DNA of 64,000 nt from Candidatus Poribacteria bacterium (GCA_965205015.1 OZ242029.1:2656001-2720000), one strand, 5' to 3'; counted from the first letter of the stretch, positions 10,812 through 20,507 are shown. Notes: generated by a model not told the origin, from the sequence alone. Program-made: numbers and translations.

Positions 10812-11651
10812 TTATGTCCTTAATCCACGTAAGGTTGCGAGGTTCGTCTCGTGCATTGTTTCCATCTGTGGTGTTTCAATGATAAGCGGAATTTCCGCGA
10901 ACCGAGAATCGTTGAGGATATAAGTGAATGCGGCTGCCCCGATATTGCCATCGCCGATGTGTTCATGCCGGTCGACGCGGCTCTGATAGGTCGATTTTGC
11001 GTCGTTGAGATGGAAAGTCTTTAATCGCGTTAAACCGATAACCGTATCAAACTGATGAAATGTTGCCTCACAATCCGCCTCCGTCCGGAGGTCGTAGCCG
11101 GCAGCGAAAACATGACACGTATCCAAACAGACCCCGAACCGATCTGGGTATTTTGACATGCCGATGACATCGCGCAAATGTTCAAAGCAGTAGCCGAGGT
11201 TCGTGCCTTGCCCAGCGGTGGTCTCAAGGAGAACAGTGACATCGGGTGCATCGCCGTTTTCAAATAGAAAATCGAAACTTTCGCTTAGCAGTTTTAAGCC
11301 GAGTTCTTCACCTTCGCCGAGGTGTGCGCCGAGATGTGTCACGATGTATCGGAGACCGAGCGTATCCGCGAGTTCCATTTGCTCCCGAAACTGTTGCCGT
11401 GATTTTTCGAGAACCTCTGTTTTCGGTGAAGCGAGATTACTCAGATGAATATCGTGAACGATCACGTCTCCAATGGGGGATACCGCCCAAGCCTCTCGAA
11501 ACTTTTCAATGACTGTAGGGGTCGGCGGTTTCGCCACCCATCGGTTCGGGTTTCTCAAAAAAATTTGGATTGTGTCGCAGTGGAGTTTGTCGCCATTTTT
11601 GATGGCGTTGTGTAAACCACCTGCTGTGGATACGTGTGCACCGAGGATCAT
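10812..11651 (-). CDS. nfo: Endonuclease IV
   Basis: LGAHVS, LETTAGQG, CLDTCH, HLND, DRHEHIG, IETP. Confidence 0.96.
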   Translation of the reverse strand: MILGAHVSTAGGLHNAIKNGDKLHCDTIQIFLRNPNRWVAKPPTPTVIEKFREAWAVSPIGDVIVHDIHLSNLASPKTEVLEKSRQQFREQMELADTLGLRYIVTHLGAHLGEGEELGLKLLSESFDFLFENGDAPDVTVLLETTAGQGTNLGYCFEHLRDVIGMSKYPDRFGVCLDTCHVFAAGYDLRTEADCEATFHQFDTVIGLTRLKTFHLNDAKSTYQSRVDRHEHIGDGNIGAAAFTYILNDSRFAEIPLIIETPQMETMHETNLATLRGLRT

Positions 11652-11824
11652 ATTTCGATTTGCCTTTCCTTGATGTCCTTATCTGGCATGGGTTGTTGCG
11701 GCAAGGGATTTTCGTTCTGTTTAAGCTGGAGAAACCGCTTCATATAGGCTGTTCCCATTTGCGTTATTAGTTCTTTAAGCCCTGCTTCATACAGTTGATT
11801 CTCTGTCATTTCTTCGGTTTGCAC
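11648..11824 (-). CDS. Small hypothetical protein (58 aa, not in ORF track)
   Basis: GAGG + GTG; MQTEEMTENQLYEAGLKELITQMGTAYMKRFL...; stop overlaps nfo start (ATGA). Confidence 0.55.
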   Translation of the reverse strand: MQTEEMTENQLYEAGLKELITQMGTAYMKRFLQLKQNENPLPQQPMPDKDIKERQIEI

Positions 11825-11987
11825 GCCTCTATCCGGGCTCCATTACTGCTAATTGTCGAAATTTTAGTAGAATAATTATAGCACATCCTAAAAGCAGATA
11901 GCAAATTTTCTCAAAGAGAGAAATGATCATTTATAGTGACTCTTAGAAAAAAGAGCGTTTCGCTGTTTTTTCTTAAACAGGCCTTAC

Positions 11988-12350
11988 GTGAGTTCAATCA
12001 ATTTCTGTTCATTTGCTGGATATTTTAGCAGAGGTTTCGGATCCCCGCAAGGCAAAAGGGAAACGCCATCCGTTAGTGTCGATCCTTGCTTTAGGGGTCG
12101 TGGCGAGTCTTGCGGGATGTAAGAGTTACACGGCGATATCTGAATAGGGGATGTTGTTTTGGGTGAGGACGCATCGCAGGTCCGGTGTGGCGACATTCCG
12201 GCTGTCATGGCGGTCTTACGAAATACCGCGCTTGCTATTCTTCGATTTGCAGGATATACACATATCAGTAAAACAATGCGATTTCTCGCAGGAAAATCTA
12301 AACAAGCGTTAAAACTTCTTAACGATACTTTTTAAAACTAAATGCCCCTG
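11988..12350 (+). pseudogene. Internally deleted ISAs1-family transposase remnant
   Basis: N-terminal DPRKAKGKRHPLVSIL...GCKSYTAISE* is directly followed by C-terminal DVVLGEDASQVR.G..PAVMAVLRNTAL; ends in GCCCCTG, resembling an ISAs1 terminus. Confidence 0.8.
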
Positions 12351-12438
12351 ATATCTAACAGATTCGCTTGACTTTCTCATGGACTGTCTGTTAGAATTCA
12401 TTCGTAGGAACATATCACGATCTTTAAGAAAATAAAAT

Positions 12439-12627
12439 ATGGCACAATATGACACAATCGTTAAACACCTTTTGGAATATTTTGCAAGCGAATATGCACG
12501 GGTAGCACTCGGCATACAAAATGTAGAAGTCTTATCGACACTCAACACAGAGCATCCCTCGGTCAAGATGCTTCATAACGATATTTCCCTGAAAATAAAA
12601 CTCGATGACGAGACAGCCATACTTCAC
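12439..12627 (+). pseudogene. Rpn-like (PD-(D/E)XK) gene, 5' part, interrupted by IS
   Basis: MAQYDTIVKHL...HNDISL...AILH stops at the IS left end. Confidence 0.7.
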
Positions 12628-12713
12628 CTAATTTACGGATTGGAAGCCCCGAACCTTTAGGTCGGGGAGGAAAATCCGCCCTCTTGGAAAGGTCCAAAAC
12701 GTTCATTTTTTTC

Positions 12714-12743
12714 TTGACATATCGTCTGAAATTGTGGTAGAAT
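12714..12743 (+). promoter_or_regulatory. Sigma-70 promoter of tnpB
   Basis: TTGACA-N18-TAGAAT with extended TG. Confidence 0.75.
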
Positions 12744-12747
12744 GAGA

Positions 12748-12837
12748 GTATCAGGTTGGCAGACAGTGTTTAGCATTACCGCTTGGTAATGTGTCTGCCT
12801 CCCACTAAGCAGGGGATAAATATCTGATACCTGATAT
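12748..12837 (+). ncRNA. Pseudoknotted 5' leader RNA of tnpB
   Basis: Four helices plus pseudoknot, covarying with 43639-43724. Confidence 0.7.
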
Positions 12838-12840
12838 ACC

Positions 12841-14042
12841 ATGAACCTAACCTTTGAATATCCTGTGTATCCAACACAGACACAGGAAGAAACCTTATTA
12901 GGATGGCTCGACCATCTCTGTGAACTTCAGAACTCTGCGCGCAACAATCGCAAACATGCGCATGAGACAGAAGGTCGTTTTGTTTCGCGATATGACCAGG
13001 AGCAACTCTTGAAGATTGCCCGTAAGAAATATGACGATTTTCGGGAAGTCCCTCAAGATTTCCAAGTGTCTATCCTCAAGCGCGTTGACAGGTCCTTTAA
13101 TGCATTCCGTAAGCGGTGTAAAGAAGGAGCAGCGAAAAAAGGTTACCCTCGCTACAAAATGCGTGTGCGTTCTCTGACGTGGTGCTTGCGTAAACATAAA
13201 CGCAAAACAGGTGAACGTGTCCGTCAAAACCCGATAAAAGCAACCGACTTTCGCCATAATCGCTTGAAAGTGCCGAAGTTGGGTGAAGTCAAGATACGCA
13301 TGCACCGCCGGCTTGAAGGCGATCCGAAAGAAGTGACGCTCGTGAAAAAAGCAAGTGGCTGGTATGCTCATATTACCTGTGAACTCCCCGATACTCCCAA
13401 AGTTGCGCCGACCGATGCGGTCGCTGTTGATGTCGGCACGACACACTACCTGACGACTTCTGAAGGTGAAACAGAAGATAATCCGCGTTGGTATCGCAGG
13501 TCCGAAGGTTTGCTACGAAAACACTCTAAAGCCCTTTCTCGAAAGAAAAAAGGCAGCCAGCGTTGGCAGAAACAACAACACACACTCGCTTTACACCATG
13601 AGCGAACCGCGAACAAACGCAAAGACTTTATCGGTAAACTCGTCTACAAACTCTATCATCATCTAAAAAACAACGTCCTTATCGCTGAAGACCTCAGCGT
13701 ATCTAACATGGTTCAGAATAAACACCTCAGCAAGAGCATCAGCGATGCATCTTGGGCAAAGTTCTTTCAGTGGGCTGGGAACATGGTTCCGAAAGAGACG
13801 GTTTCCACTTCCACCAAGTCGATCCTAAGAACACTTCGCAAACCTGCTCTGCCTGCGGTAAGAAGTCGCCAAAGAAACTGTCGCTGGCGACACGCACCTT
13901 TAATTGTAGTTTTTGTGGCACGGTTTTAGACCGCGACCACAATGCTGCAATAAACATACTTTTGCGGGCGGCTTGCGCCCATCGTGGAGAGCGTTGGGTT
14001 ACCAACCTCTATGAAACGAGAAACTTACCGGTAGACCGGTAG
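12841..14042 (+). pseudogene. tnpB: TnpB RNA-guided nuclease, frameshifted near 13786
   Basis: RuvC-I AVDVG and RuvC-II AEDL in one frame; TSQTCSACG, CSFCG and DRDHNAAINIL in another. Confidence 0.9.
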
Positions 14043-14098
14043 GCTTGTTGGAACTAACACGCTAACAAGCCCCATGCTTTAGCATGGGGTACTATGAC
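13960..14098 (+). ncRNA. TnpB omega/reRNA scaffold (guide would extend into the flank from 14099)
   Basis: Overlaps tnpB 3' end; GTGGAGAG...CTCTATGAAAC...RE hairpin layout; 5' boundary approximate. Confidence 0.6.
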
Positions 14099-14594
14099 GT
14101 ATAAGGTGGTTCGGCTGTATGCGTTAGAGGGTGAATCGGTGTTGGATGCGGCATTGACGGGACTATTACCGTTTACACCCTTGATGGTGCCTCCTTCGAG
14201 CATGTCAGAGACGGTATGGGCTGCGAAATGTGTAGATGCTGCGCGTGCAGCACCTGTAGACGAGACGACGCGTGCGACGCTTTTTTTTGCAATGCGTGTT
14301 TTCAGTAACTTCGGTAACTTGGAAGAACTTTTTGACACATTGATAACGGAGGACATCATGCAAGCATCACCTTTCTACCAAGAACTCCAACAACGTTTTT
14401 TACAGCAAGGGGTCGAACAAGGCACCCGCGACAACATTCTCGCTGTGCTTACGGCGCGCTTTCCACACGGGGATGTGGAGACCGTAAAACCGACTTTGGA
14501 GGCGATATCCGACCTTGAGCAGCTCAATCAGCTGCTCCGCACGGCTTCACTCACCGGGAGTTTCGAGGCGTTCCTACAGGCACTTGGGAACTAA
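14099..14594 (+). pseudogene. Rpn-like gene, 3' part
   Basis: YKVVRLY...GLLPFTPLM...SPFYQEL..QGVEQG...LTARF C-terminus; the ORF-track ATG at 14094 lies inside the IS end. Confidence 0.7.
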
Positions 14595-14689
14595 GATATG
14601 GTAGGCGTTCCCGCATCTACTTCGGGTCCCTCAACATCTTGCAAATGTGTGAATCAACCTTCACGAAAGAGTCGCGTTAGTTCTATCTA

Positions 14690-15706
14690 TCAGGGATGCA
14701 CGACAGTCTTGATTCCGCGTTGGGCGGCGGCGTTATCGAACGCGGCTAACCCTTGTGCAATTGGGAACCGATCTGTTAGCAGCGGCTCGAAATTGAGTGC
14801 TTTTTCTATCAAAAGTTGCCGCGACGCTTCAAGACTTGAACGGGAAAACGCCCACGAAGCCATCAGTTTATGACCCGTATAATGGAATTCCTCTAAATTG
14901 ATATGGAGCGTTTCACCATCCGGAGCAAGTCCAAAGAAGTTGACGCATCCGCCTCTGCGGACAAGCTCGAAAGCGAGGGCAATTACGGATGCCTTATTGG
15001 TTGTGGAAGAGATGACAGTATCAACGCCTCCGTGGGTGATGTCTTGAAACTGCGTGATTGCCTCCGGCGAAGTATCAAAAGCGTGATCGGCACCGAGCAC
15101 TTCAGCGGCAGTCCTGCGGTGCGCCAGCGGTTCGACCACATAGGTCGCCAAACCGGCTCGCTTCGCCAATTGCGTGAATATCAAGCCGATAGGACCGGCA
15201 CCGAGAATAGCAACGGAATTCTTGAAAAGGGTTTCCTGCATCGCATTCAGGCAGCAGCCCAGCGGTTCCAGAAAGAGCAACTCTTTAGGTGGGACACTGT
15301 CAGGCACTCGGATCAGTTTACCGGTATCCACGCCGTGTTTCGGCATCCGCATATACTCGGCGTAACCCCCATCAATATCGTGACCGATGCCTTCAATAGT
15401 ATTGCAGTATTTGTCCAGATCGTTCTGGCATTCGGGACAGACACCACAGGAAAGCATCGGATTGACAGTAACCCGTTCACCGATTTTGACGTCGGGATGT
15501 CGACTCTCTACGACTACGCCTGCGAGTTCATGTCCCATCACGACGGGTGGCGCGTAATCCGATACATCTCCACGTAGCGCGGCGAGGTCGGAGGCGCAAA
15601 TGCCGCAGAGCTCCATCTGAATGAGCACATCTCCGGTCGCGAGTGTAGGGATGGGTTTCTCATGGATACGTAATTGCTGAATTTTCTCAAAAACGATAGC
15701 CTTCAT
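14690..15706 (-). CDS. Zn-dependent alcohol/sugar dehydrogenase (MDR)
   Basis: CGICASD, GHE, CGVCPEC..C, GAGPIG. Confidence 0.92.
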   Translation of the reverse strand: MKAIVFEKIQQLRIHEKPIPTLATGDVLIQMELCGICASDLAALRGDVSDYAPPVVMGHELAGVVVESRHPDVKIGERVTVNPMLSCGVCPECQNDLDKYCNTIEGIGHDIDGGYAEYMRMPKHGVDTGKLIRVPDSVPPKELLFLEPLGCCLNAMQETLFKNSVAILGAGPIGLIFTQLAKRAGLATYVVEPLAHRRTAAEVLGADHAFDTSPEAITQFQDITHGGVDTVISSTTNKASVIALAFELVRRGGCVNFFGLAPDGETLHINLEEFHYTGHKLMASWAFSRSSLEASRQLLIEKALNFEPLLTDRFPIAQGLAAFDNAAAQRGIKTVVHP

Positions 15707-15729
15707 TGTTCAACCTAATGTGTCAGATC

Positions 15730-16761
15730 CTATGCTTCAAACTCATAAGGCACTGTTTCTGCCTGATGGGTTTTGGCAGATTTTTCTGCTAAATCCATAA
15801 TAGCGATGACGCGGCGGGCCGACTCTGGGGTCACCAACAACGGTGTGCCATCGTTTAAATGGGCGACGATGTTTTCATAGTAGGTGGGTCCGGGTCTGCG
15901 ATGGTAACCGACCTGCTGCTCTTTAGGGTGTCCCTCGACTTCAGATAAGACTTTGAACCCGCCATCTCCGTCGGTAATCGCGCCGTGTGAGCCGAGCAGT
16001 TTCCACCGGGATCCCCCAATTTTCGCGATGTTAGACATCTGGATGTTTGCCGCCGCTCCGTCCGCAACCACCGCTCCGCCTGAAAATCGAACGATTGCTT
16101 GGACATGGTCCTCGTTGGTAATATCGTCCCAGACGAGGTTGGGTTGATAGAAACCGGTGACGTTGATCATCGGTGCCTCGAGGACATTGAGTAACCAATC
16201 GAGGTAGTGGGCACCCCAGTCGTAGAATTGGCCACCAGAAATTGCCTTGACACTCCGCCACCAATCTGGATTCGGTCTCCCATAACCGCCGCCCCACATC
16301 TCGACGCTAAAGACTTTCCCGATAACACCGGAATGGACGAGTTCACGAAGCGTCCAGAAGTCGGCATCCCACCGTCGGTTATGATGGACGGACAACATAA
16401 CGCCGTTTTCCTGGGCGGTCGTAATCATTTCGGTGGCTTCTGCGATGGTGACGCACATCGGTTTTTCAACGACGACATGTTTACCTGCTTCGAGACTCGA
16501 CACAGTTGGACCGCAGTGCAGACTGTGCGGGAGGACGTTCGCAATCAGATCGACGCCATCGTCCGCATTGAGTTCTTCAACCGCGTTATAGGTGCGGACG
16601 CCAGGAAAATCCTCTTTCGCTGCTTTTGTTCGCTCTGGATCGATGTCACAGATAGCAACACATTCAATGCCATCTGTATTTTGCATCATGTTTGCGTGGG
16701 CTTTGCCCATATTAAATGCCGCTCCGTATCCGAGGACGGCACCTTTGATGATATCTGCCAT
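15730..16761 (-). CDS. Gfo/Idh/MocA oxidoreductase
   Basis: GKHVVVEKPM, HNRRWD, GGQFYDWGAH. Confidence 0.92.
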   Translation of the reverse strand: MADIIKGAVLGYGAAFNMGKAHANMMQNTDGIECVAICDIDPERTKAAKEDFPGVRTYNAVEELNADDGVDLIANVLPHSLHCGPTVSSLEAGKHVVVEKPMCVTIAEATEMITTAQENGVMLSVHHNRRWDADFWTLRELVHSGVIGKVFSVEMWGGGYGRPNPDWWRSVKAISGGQFYDWGAHYLDWLLNVLEAPMINVTGFYQPNLVWDDITNEDHVQAIVRFSGGAVVADGAAANIQMSNIAKIGGSRWKLLGSHGAITDGDGGFKVLSEVEGHPKEQQVGYHRRPGPTYYENIVAHLNDGTPLLVTPESARRVIAIMDLAEKSAKTHQAETVPYEFEA

Positions 16762-16999
16762 TTATTTTGCTCCTTCTCTTTTATGTGAATGCCTAATTAT
16801 AGCACAAACGAGAAAAAAATCGCATAACAATTCCCTTAAACTTTACACATCCGTTGACATTTCCAAGAATTTGTGATAGACTCAACCGATGTTTATTGGC
16901 ACAATTGCCGCCGGATCGTATACAAAATACGACTTCTGAAAAATACGGAATCTGTGTTAATTCTACATACTATTCTTTACAAACTCCTTGAGGTAATTT

Positions 17000-17893
17000 A
17001 TGGCGAAAGTTGGATTAATCGGGGTTGGCAACATGGGTATGGGGATGTCAAGGAACATCCTGAAGGCTGGACACGAACTTACGGTGTATGATGTCCGTCC
17101 AGAGCCGTTAGAAACACTCGCACAAGAGGGGGCATACGCCGCTACATCGCCGCGCGAAGTGGGCGCGGCGGCTGACACTGTGTTTATTATGGTTCTGAAT
17201 GTTGAACAAGTCAAAGCAGCACTTCTTACAGAAGATGGACTGCTGGCAGGACTCAAACCGGGAGGCACGGTTATCTGTACAGCGACCATCGGACGTTCGC
17301 AGGTGATGGAGGTCGCCGAACTGGTGACAGCAAAAGGGTTTAATGTTGTCGATGCGCCTGTCAGTGGTGGGGCACCAGGGGCAGCCGCGGGGACCCTGAC
17401 AATGATGGTGTCGGCACCAAGTGAGACGTTTGAAGCATCAAAGCCGGTACTTGAAGCAGTCGGGCGGGACATCTATCACGTTGGCGAGGAGATTGGGATG
17501 GGTCAAACCGTCAAATCTGCACTTGCAGTCCTCATAGGCGTTACGTATGCGGGTATTTTTGAAGCCTTGACGTTGGCGGTGAAGGCGGGTGTAGCACCGG
17601 AGACGCTTCGTGATGTTGTCAGCACAAGTGTCGTCGGGAATTTTCTCTTCAGGGACACAACACAAAATATCTTGGAGCGAAATTTCAAGGGGCAGAGCAA
17701 TATCGGCACGATGTATAAGGATCTCACTTTGGCGAAAGATATGGCGAGCGATTGTGGAGTGCCACTCTTCGCTGCAAGTGCCGCTTTTGAGCTGTTTCAA
17801 GCCGGAAAAGCCGTGAACCCTGACGAGGATAACTGGACGATTATCAAGATTCTTGAAAACATTGCAGGTATTGAGATTCAGAAGACAGAATAA
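17000..17893 (+). CDS. Beta-hydroxyacid dehydrogenase (3-hydroxyisobutyrate DH family)
   Basis: GLIGVGNMG, DAPVSGG, catalytic Lys (GQTVK), KDL. Confidence 0.9.
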   Translation: MAKVGLIGVGNMGMGMSRNILKAGHELTVYDVRPEPLETLAQEGAYAATSPREVGAAADTVFIMVLNVEQVKAALLTEDGLLAGLKPGGTVICTATIGRSQVMEVAELVTAKGFNVVDAPVSGGAPGAAAGTLTMMVSAPSETFEASKPVLEAVGRDIYHVGEEIGMGQTVKSALAVLIGVTYAGIFEALTLAVKAGVAPETLRDVVSTSVVGNFLFRDTTQNILERNFKGQSNIGTMYKDLTLAKDMASDCGVPLFAASAAFELFQAGKAVNPDEDNWTIIKILENIAGIEIQKTE

Positions 17894-18010
17894 TTAAAGG
17901 GTGGAAGGATGGAAGGATGGGCAGCATCCAATCTTCCAATCTTCCCCGCGTAACGGAAGGGTGGAACTCACCACCCTCTGACGAAGCTGGAAAAGAATTG
18001 AGAGGATTGA

Positions 18011-18862
18011 ATGTTCAAATTGGGAACTATCACCGATGGAATCAGCCGGGACTTCGAGTATGCGCTCGACACGATGGTAGAAACTGGGTTGGAATACGTT
18101 GAGTTACAATACCTGTGGGAAAAGCAGGTTGGTGATCTGACGGATGCAGATGTTGAACGGGTCAAAGGATTAATCGAAGATCGGGATTTAAAGGTGTCGT
18201 GTATCTCGCATCACAATCTCACGGCACTTCCTGTGGACACAGCGGTTGATGCGCCTGCGTATCGTGCACACATTACGACACTGCAACGGTGTATTGAGGT
18301 CGCACAAGCACTTGGCACGAATCTTGTGAGGATTTTCAGTTTCCGAAAAGAGATGGTGCTTTTTGGGGCTGAACCGATTATTTCCGAAGGCGCGTGGACA
18401 ACACTTCTGAACCGGTTAGAGGAGCCGTTGCGAATCGCGGATGCGGCGGGTATCACGCTTGTCATCGAAACTGCGATTTCTGGTAACGTGACATCGGCAC
18501 ACCTTGCGAGAAAGTTGATTGATGAATTAGACGTACCGCATCTAAAAGTTCTTTGGGACCCGTGCAGTTCCCTTTATTGTACCGAAGTTCCGTATCCGGA
18601 TGGGTACGAAATCATTCGTGAGCATATTGCCCACGTTCATCTCAAGGATGGGGTTGTGAACCTCCCAGCGGCGACATTCGATTTCTGCGCCATGCGCCAA
18701 GGACAGATGGACCCTTACTACAATGACATCGTGCATGCCCTGAAACGCGACGGATACGCGGGGGCGATTTCCTTAGAGAGCGTCTACACGCCAATTGGGG
18801 GGACGCGTGAGGACGGATTTAGGGAATCGCTGCCGGTTTTTATGGAACTCATGGGCCGGTAA
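18011..18862 (+). CDS. Sugar phosphate isomerase/epimerase (TIM barrel)
   Basis: LVIE, LWDP, HVHLKD, ISLE metal ligands. Confidence 0.85.
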   Translation: MFKLGTITDGISRDFEYALDTMVETGLEYVELQYLWEKQVGDLTDADVERVKGLIEDRDLKVSCISHHNLTALPVDTAVDAPAYRAHITTLQRCIEVAQALGTNLVRIFSFRKEMVLFGAEPIISEGAWTTLLNRLEEPLRIADAAGITLVIETAISGNVTSAHLARKLIDELDVPHLKVLWDPCSSLYCTEVPYPDGYEIIREHIAHVHLKDGVVNLPAATFDFCAMRQGQMDPYYNDIVHALKRDGYAGAISLESVYTPIGGTREDGFRESLPVFMELMGR

Positions 18863-18884
18863 CAAATAACCGTACCGAGCACCC

Positions 18885-18931
18885 TGTGCACACTTAATCA
18901 TGTGCACACTTAATTATGTGCACACTTAATT
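18885..18931. repeat. 16-nt tandem repeat x3
   Basis: TGTGCACACTTAAT(C/T)A units at 18885, 18901, 18917. Confidence 0.9.
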
Positions 18932-18950
18932 TTGGATTTACGGAAAAAGA

Positions 18951-18986
18951 AAAGGACGCAACCGATACGTTTTGGCTGCGTCCTTT
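18951..18986. terminator. Bidirectional intrinsic terminator
   Basis: AAAGGACGCAACCGA...TTGGCTGCGTCCTTT hairpin with A/T tracts between convergent genes. Confidence 0.75.
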
Positions 18987-19011
18987 AATTTTATTTATTC
19001 AACCCTAAACA

Positions 19012-20238
19012 TTACTTGGTTTTCAGACTTCCCCAAGTTGTGAAGAGTTTCCCCGCGGGTTCGACGGAAACGAATCCACCGGTGTAAACATCCCATGTAC
19101 CACCAACACCAGCGAACAGGCTCCAACCGCCGCCGCGTTCACTGACCTTCACCAACAGGACATTTTTACCTGCGATCAAGTTAACTTTGAAATCATCTTG
19201 GAAATCGCCAGCGCCGCGGTTGACAGCGTTTGTGTGAACGACTTCACCGTTGAGCCAGACTTTGACGGAGTCATCACTACCGACTTTCGCCGGAACGCCA
19301 TCCTGTGCTTCGGCAGCTTCGAGGATGATCAGTCCATAAACGGAGTGGTCGTTGACATCGCCTTCGCCCAAGCCAATCTCATTGACGAGATCATTGACGT
19401 TGTTGCCGCCGGTTTCAGAAATCTCACCGACTGTCCATTCCAAATCACCGACTTTGTCGCCCGCCATGGCACCCTGCATGGAGACCATTTCTTCGGTCAC
19501 ATCACCACCACTGGCTTCAGCGAGTGAATCGACATCGGTAGAATTCGCGCCGCCTTGATTTGCTTCGGTTGCGGCAATCATCCAGAGCCACGGACCGGTA
19601 ATTTTCCCAGCGACACCGGGAGTTGCGGGTTTAAAGACAGCGGTCACGTCGGCATCAACACCGACGAACATGCTCCAACCGCCACCCCGTTCACTGACCT
19701 TCACGAGCAAGAGATTATCGCCTTGCTTAATATCCACTTGGAATGTGTCCTGAAAGTCGCCAGCCCCACGGTTAACAGCGTTTGTGTGAACCACTTCACC
19801 GTTGAGCCAGACCTTAACGGAGTCATCACTGCCGACTCTCATATCCACGCCGTCCTGATCAGAATCGGATTCAAGCGTGATGAGTGCGTAAGACGAGTGG
19901 TCGTTGACATCGCCTTCACCCAAGCCGATCTCAGTGACGGTGTCATTGACGTTGTTGCCGCCGGTTTCAGAAATCTCACCGAGCGTCCAGACCAAATCGC
20001 CGACAGCATCGCCTTCGTTGGCCCCGTTGTTTGCGATCATCTCTTCGGTCACATCACCGCCGCTGGCTTCAGCGAGTGAATCGATATCGGTAGCAGCTGC
20101 GCCGCCTTGCCCGGATTCGGTTGCGGCAATCATCCAGAGCCACGGACCCGTAATTTTGTCTTGGGCATCGGCAGTTTGTGCCATAGCAAAAAGTGCTATG
20201 AGACCTGCGAGCCCTATTGTGAACAATTTTCTATACAT
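19012..20238 (-). CDS. Secreted acidic protein with two tandem beta-rich domains and C-terminal VEPAGKL..TW tail
   Basis: GGAGG RBS before ATG 20238; signal peptide; internal duplication KITGPWLWM...GSDDSVKVWLNG...GGGWS. Confidence 0.8.
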   Translation of the reverse strand: MYRKLFTIGLAGLIALFAMAQTADAQDKITGPWLWMIAATESGQGGAAATDIDSLAEASGGDVTEEMIANNGANEGDAVGDLVWTLGEISETGGNNVNDTVTEIGLGEGDVNDHSSYALITLESDSDQDGVDMRVGSDDSVKVWLNGEVVHTNAVNRGAGDFQDTFQVDIKQGDNLLLVKVSERGGGWSMFVGVDADVTAVFKPATPGVAGKITGPWLWMIAATEANQGGANSTDVDSLAEASGGDVTEEMVSMQGAMAGDKVGDLEWTVGEISETGGNNVNDLVNEIGLGEGDVNDHSVYGLIILEAAEAQDGVPAKVGSDDSVKVWLNGEVVHTNAVNRGAGDFQDDFKVNLIAGKNVLLVKVSERGGGWSLFAGVGGTWDVYTGGFVSVEPAGKLFTTWGSLKTK

Positions 20239-20507
20239 GAAAATCCTCCAATTATTTTTTATTTTTAAATCAAACAAAACAAAGTGAAATCAGTGTTGCC
20301 CGTTTTTGTGGTCCGGCTGCACCTCAATCGGGGATCGCGGCTATAATAATACACCGATGCTTACAAAGATAGGACAACCTCTTCAGATTAGTTTAACAAA
20401 TATACCAGAATTAAATCAAGCACAAAAAACTTTGTGCGATTTTAGCCGGTAAAAACGGCTCCAAATCGTGAGATCCCAGAACAGTGATACCGGCTAAGGA
20501 TATCAAC

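Larger units (their letters stand above)
12628..14098 (+). mobile_element. TnpB-only IS200/IS605 element (IS1341-like), 1471 bp
   Basis: LE hairpin CCCCGAACCTTTAGGTCGGGG with guide GAAG at +16..+19 after target TCAC (12624-12627); RE hairpin CCCCATGCTTTAGCATGGGG with guide CAAG ending at TGAC, both fitting IS608 guide/cleavage rules; no tnpA. Confidence 0.9.

Noticed and set aside
12633-12636. TTAC as target site of the tnpB element
   Set aside because: The LE guide is GAAG, which by IS608 pairing rules predicts TCAC; TCAC at 12624-12627 gives the canonical +16 spacing.
14094-14098. ATG start for a stand-alone 166-aa gene
   Set aside because: The ATG lies within the IS right end (TATGAC); the ORF is the 3' fragment of the interrupted Rpn-like gene.
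14903-15577. 224-aa plus-strand ORF (also 16207-16788, 41245-41820, 56480-57055)
   Set aside because: Antisense shadows of well-supported genes.
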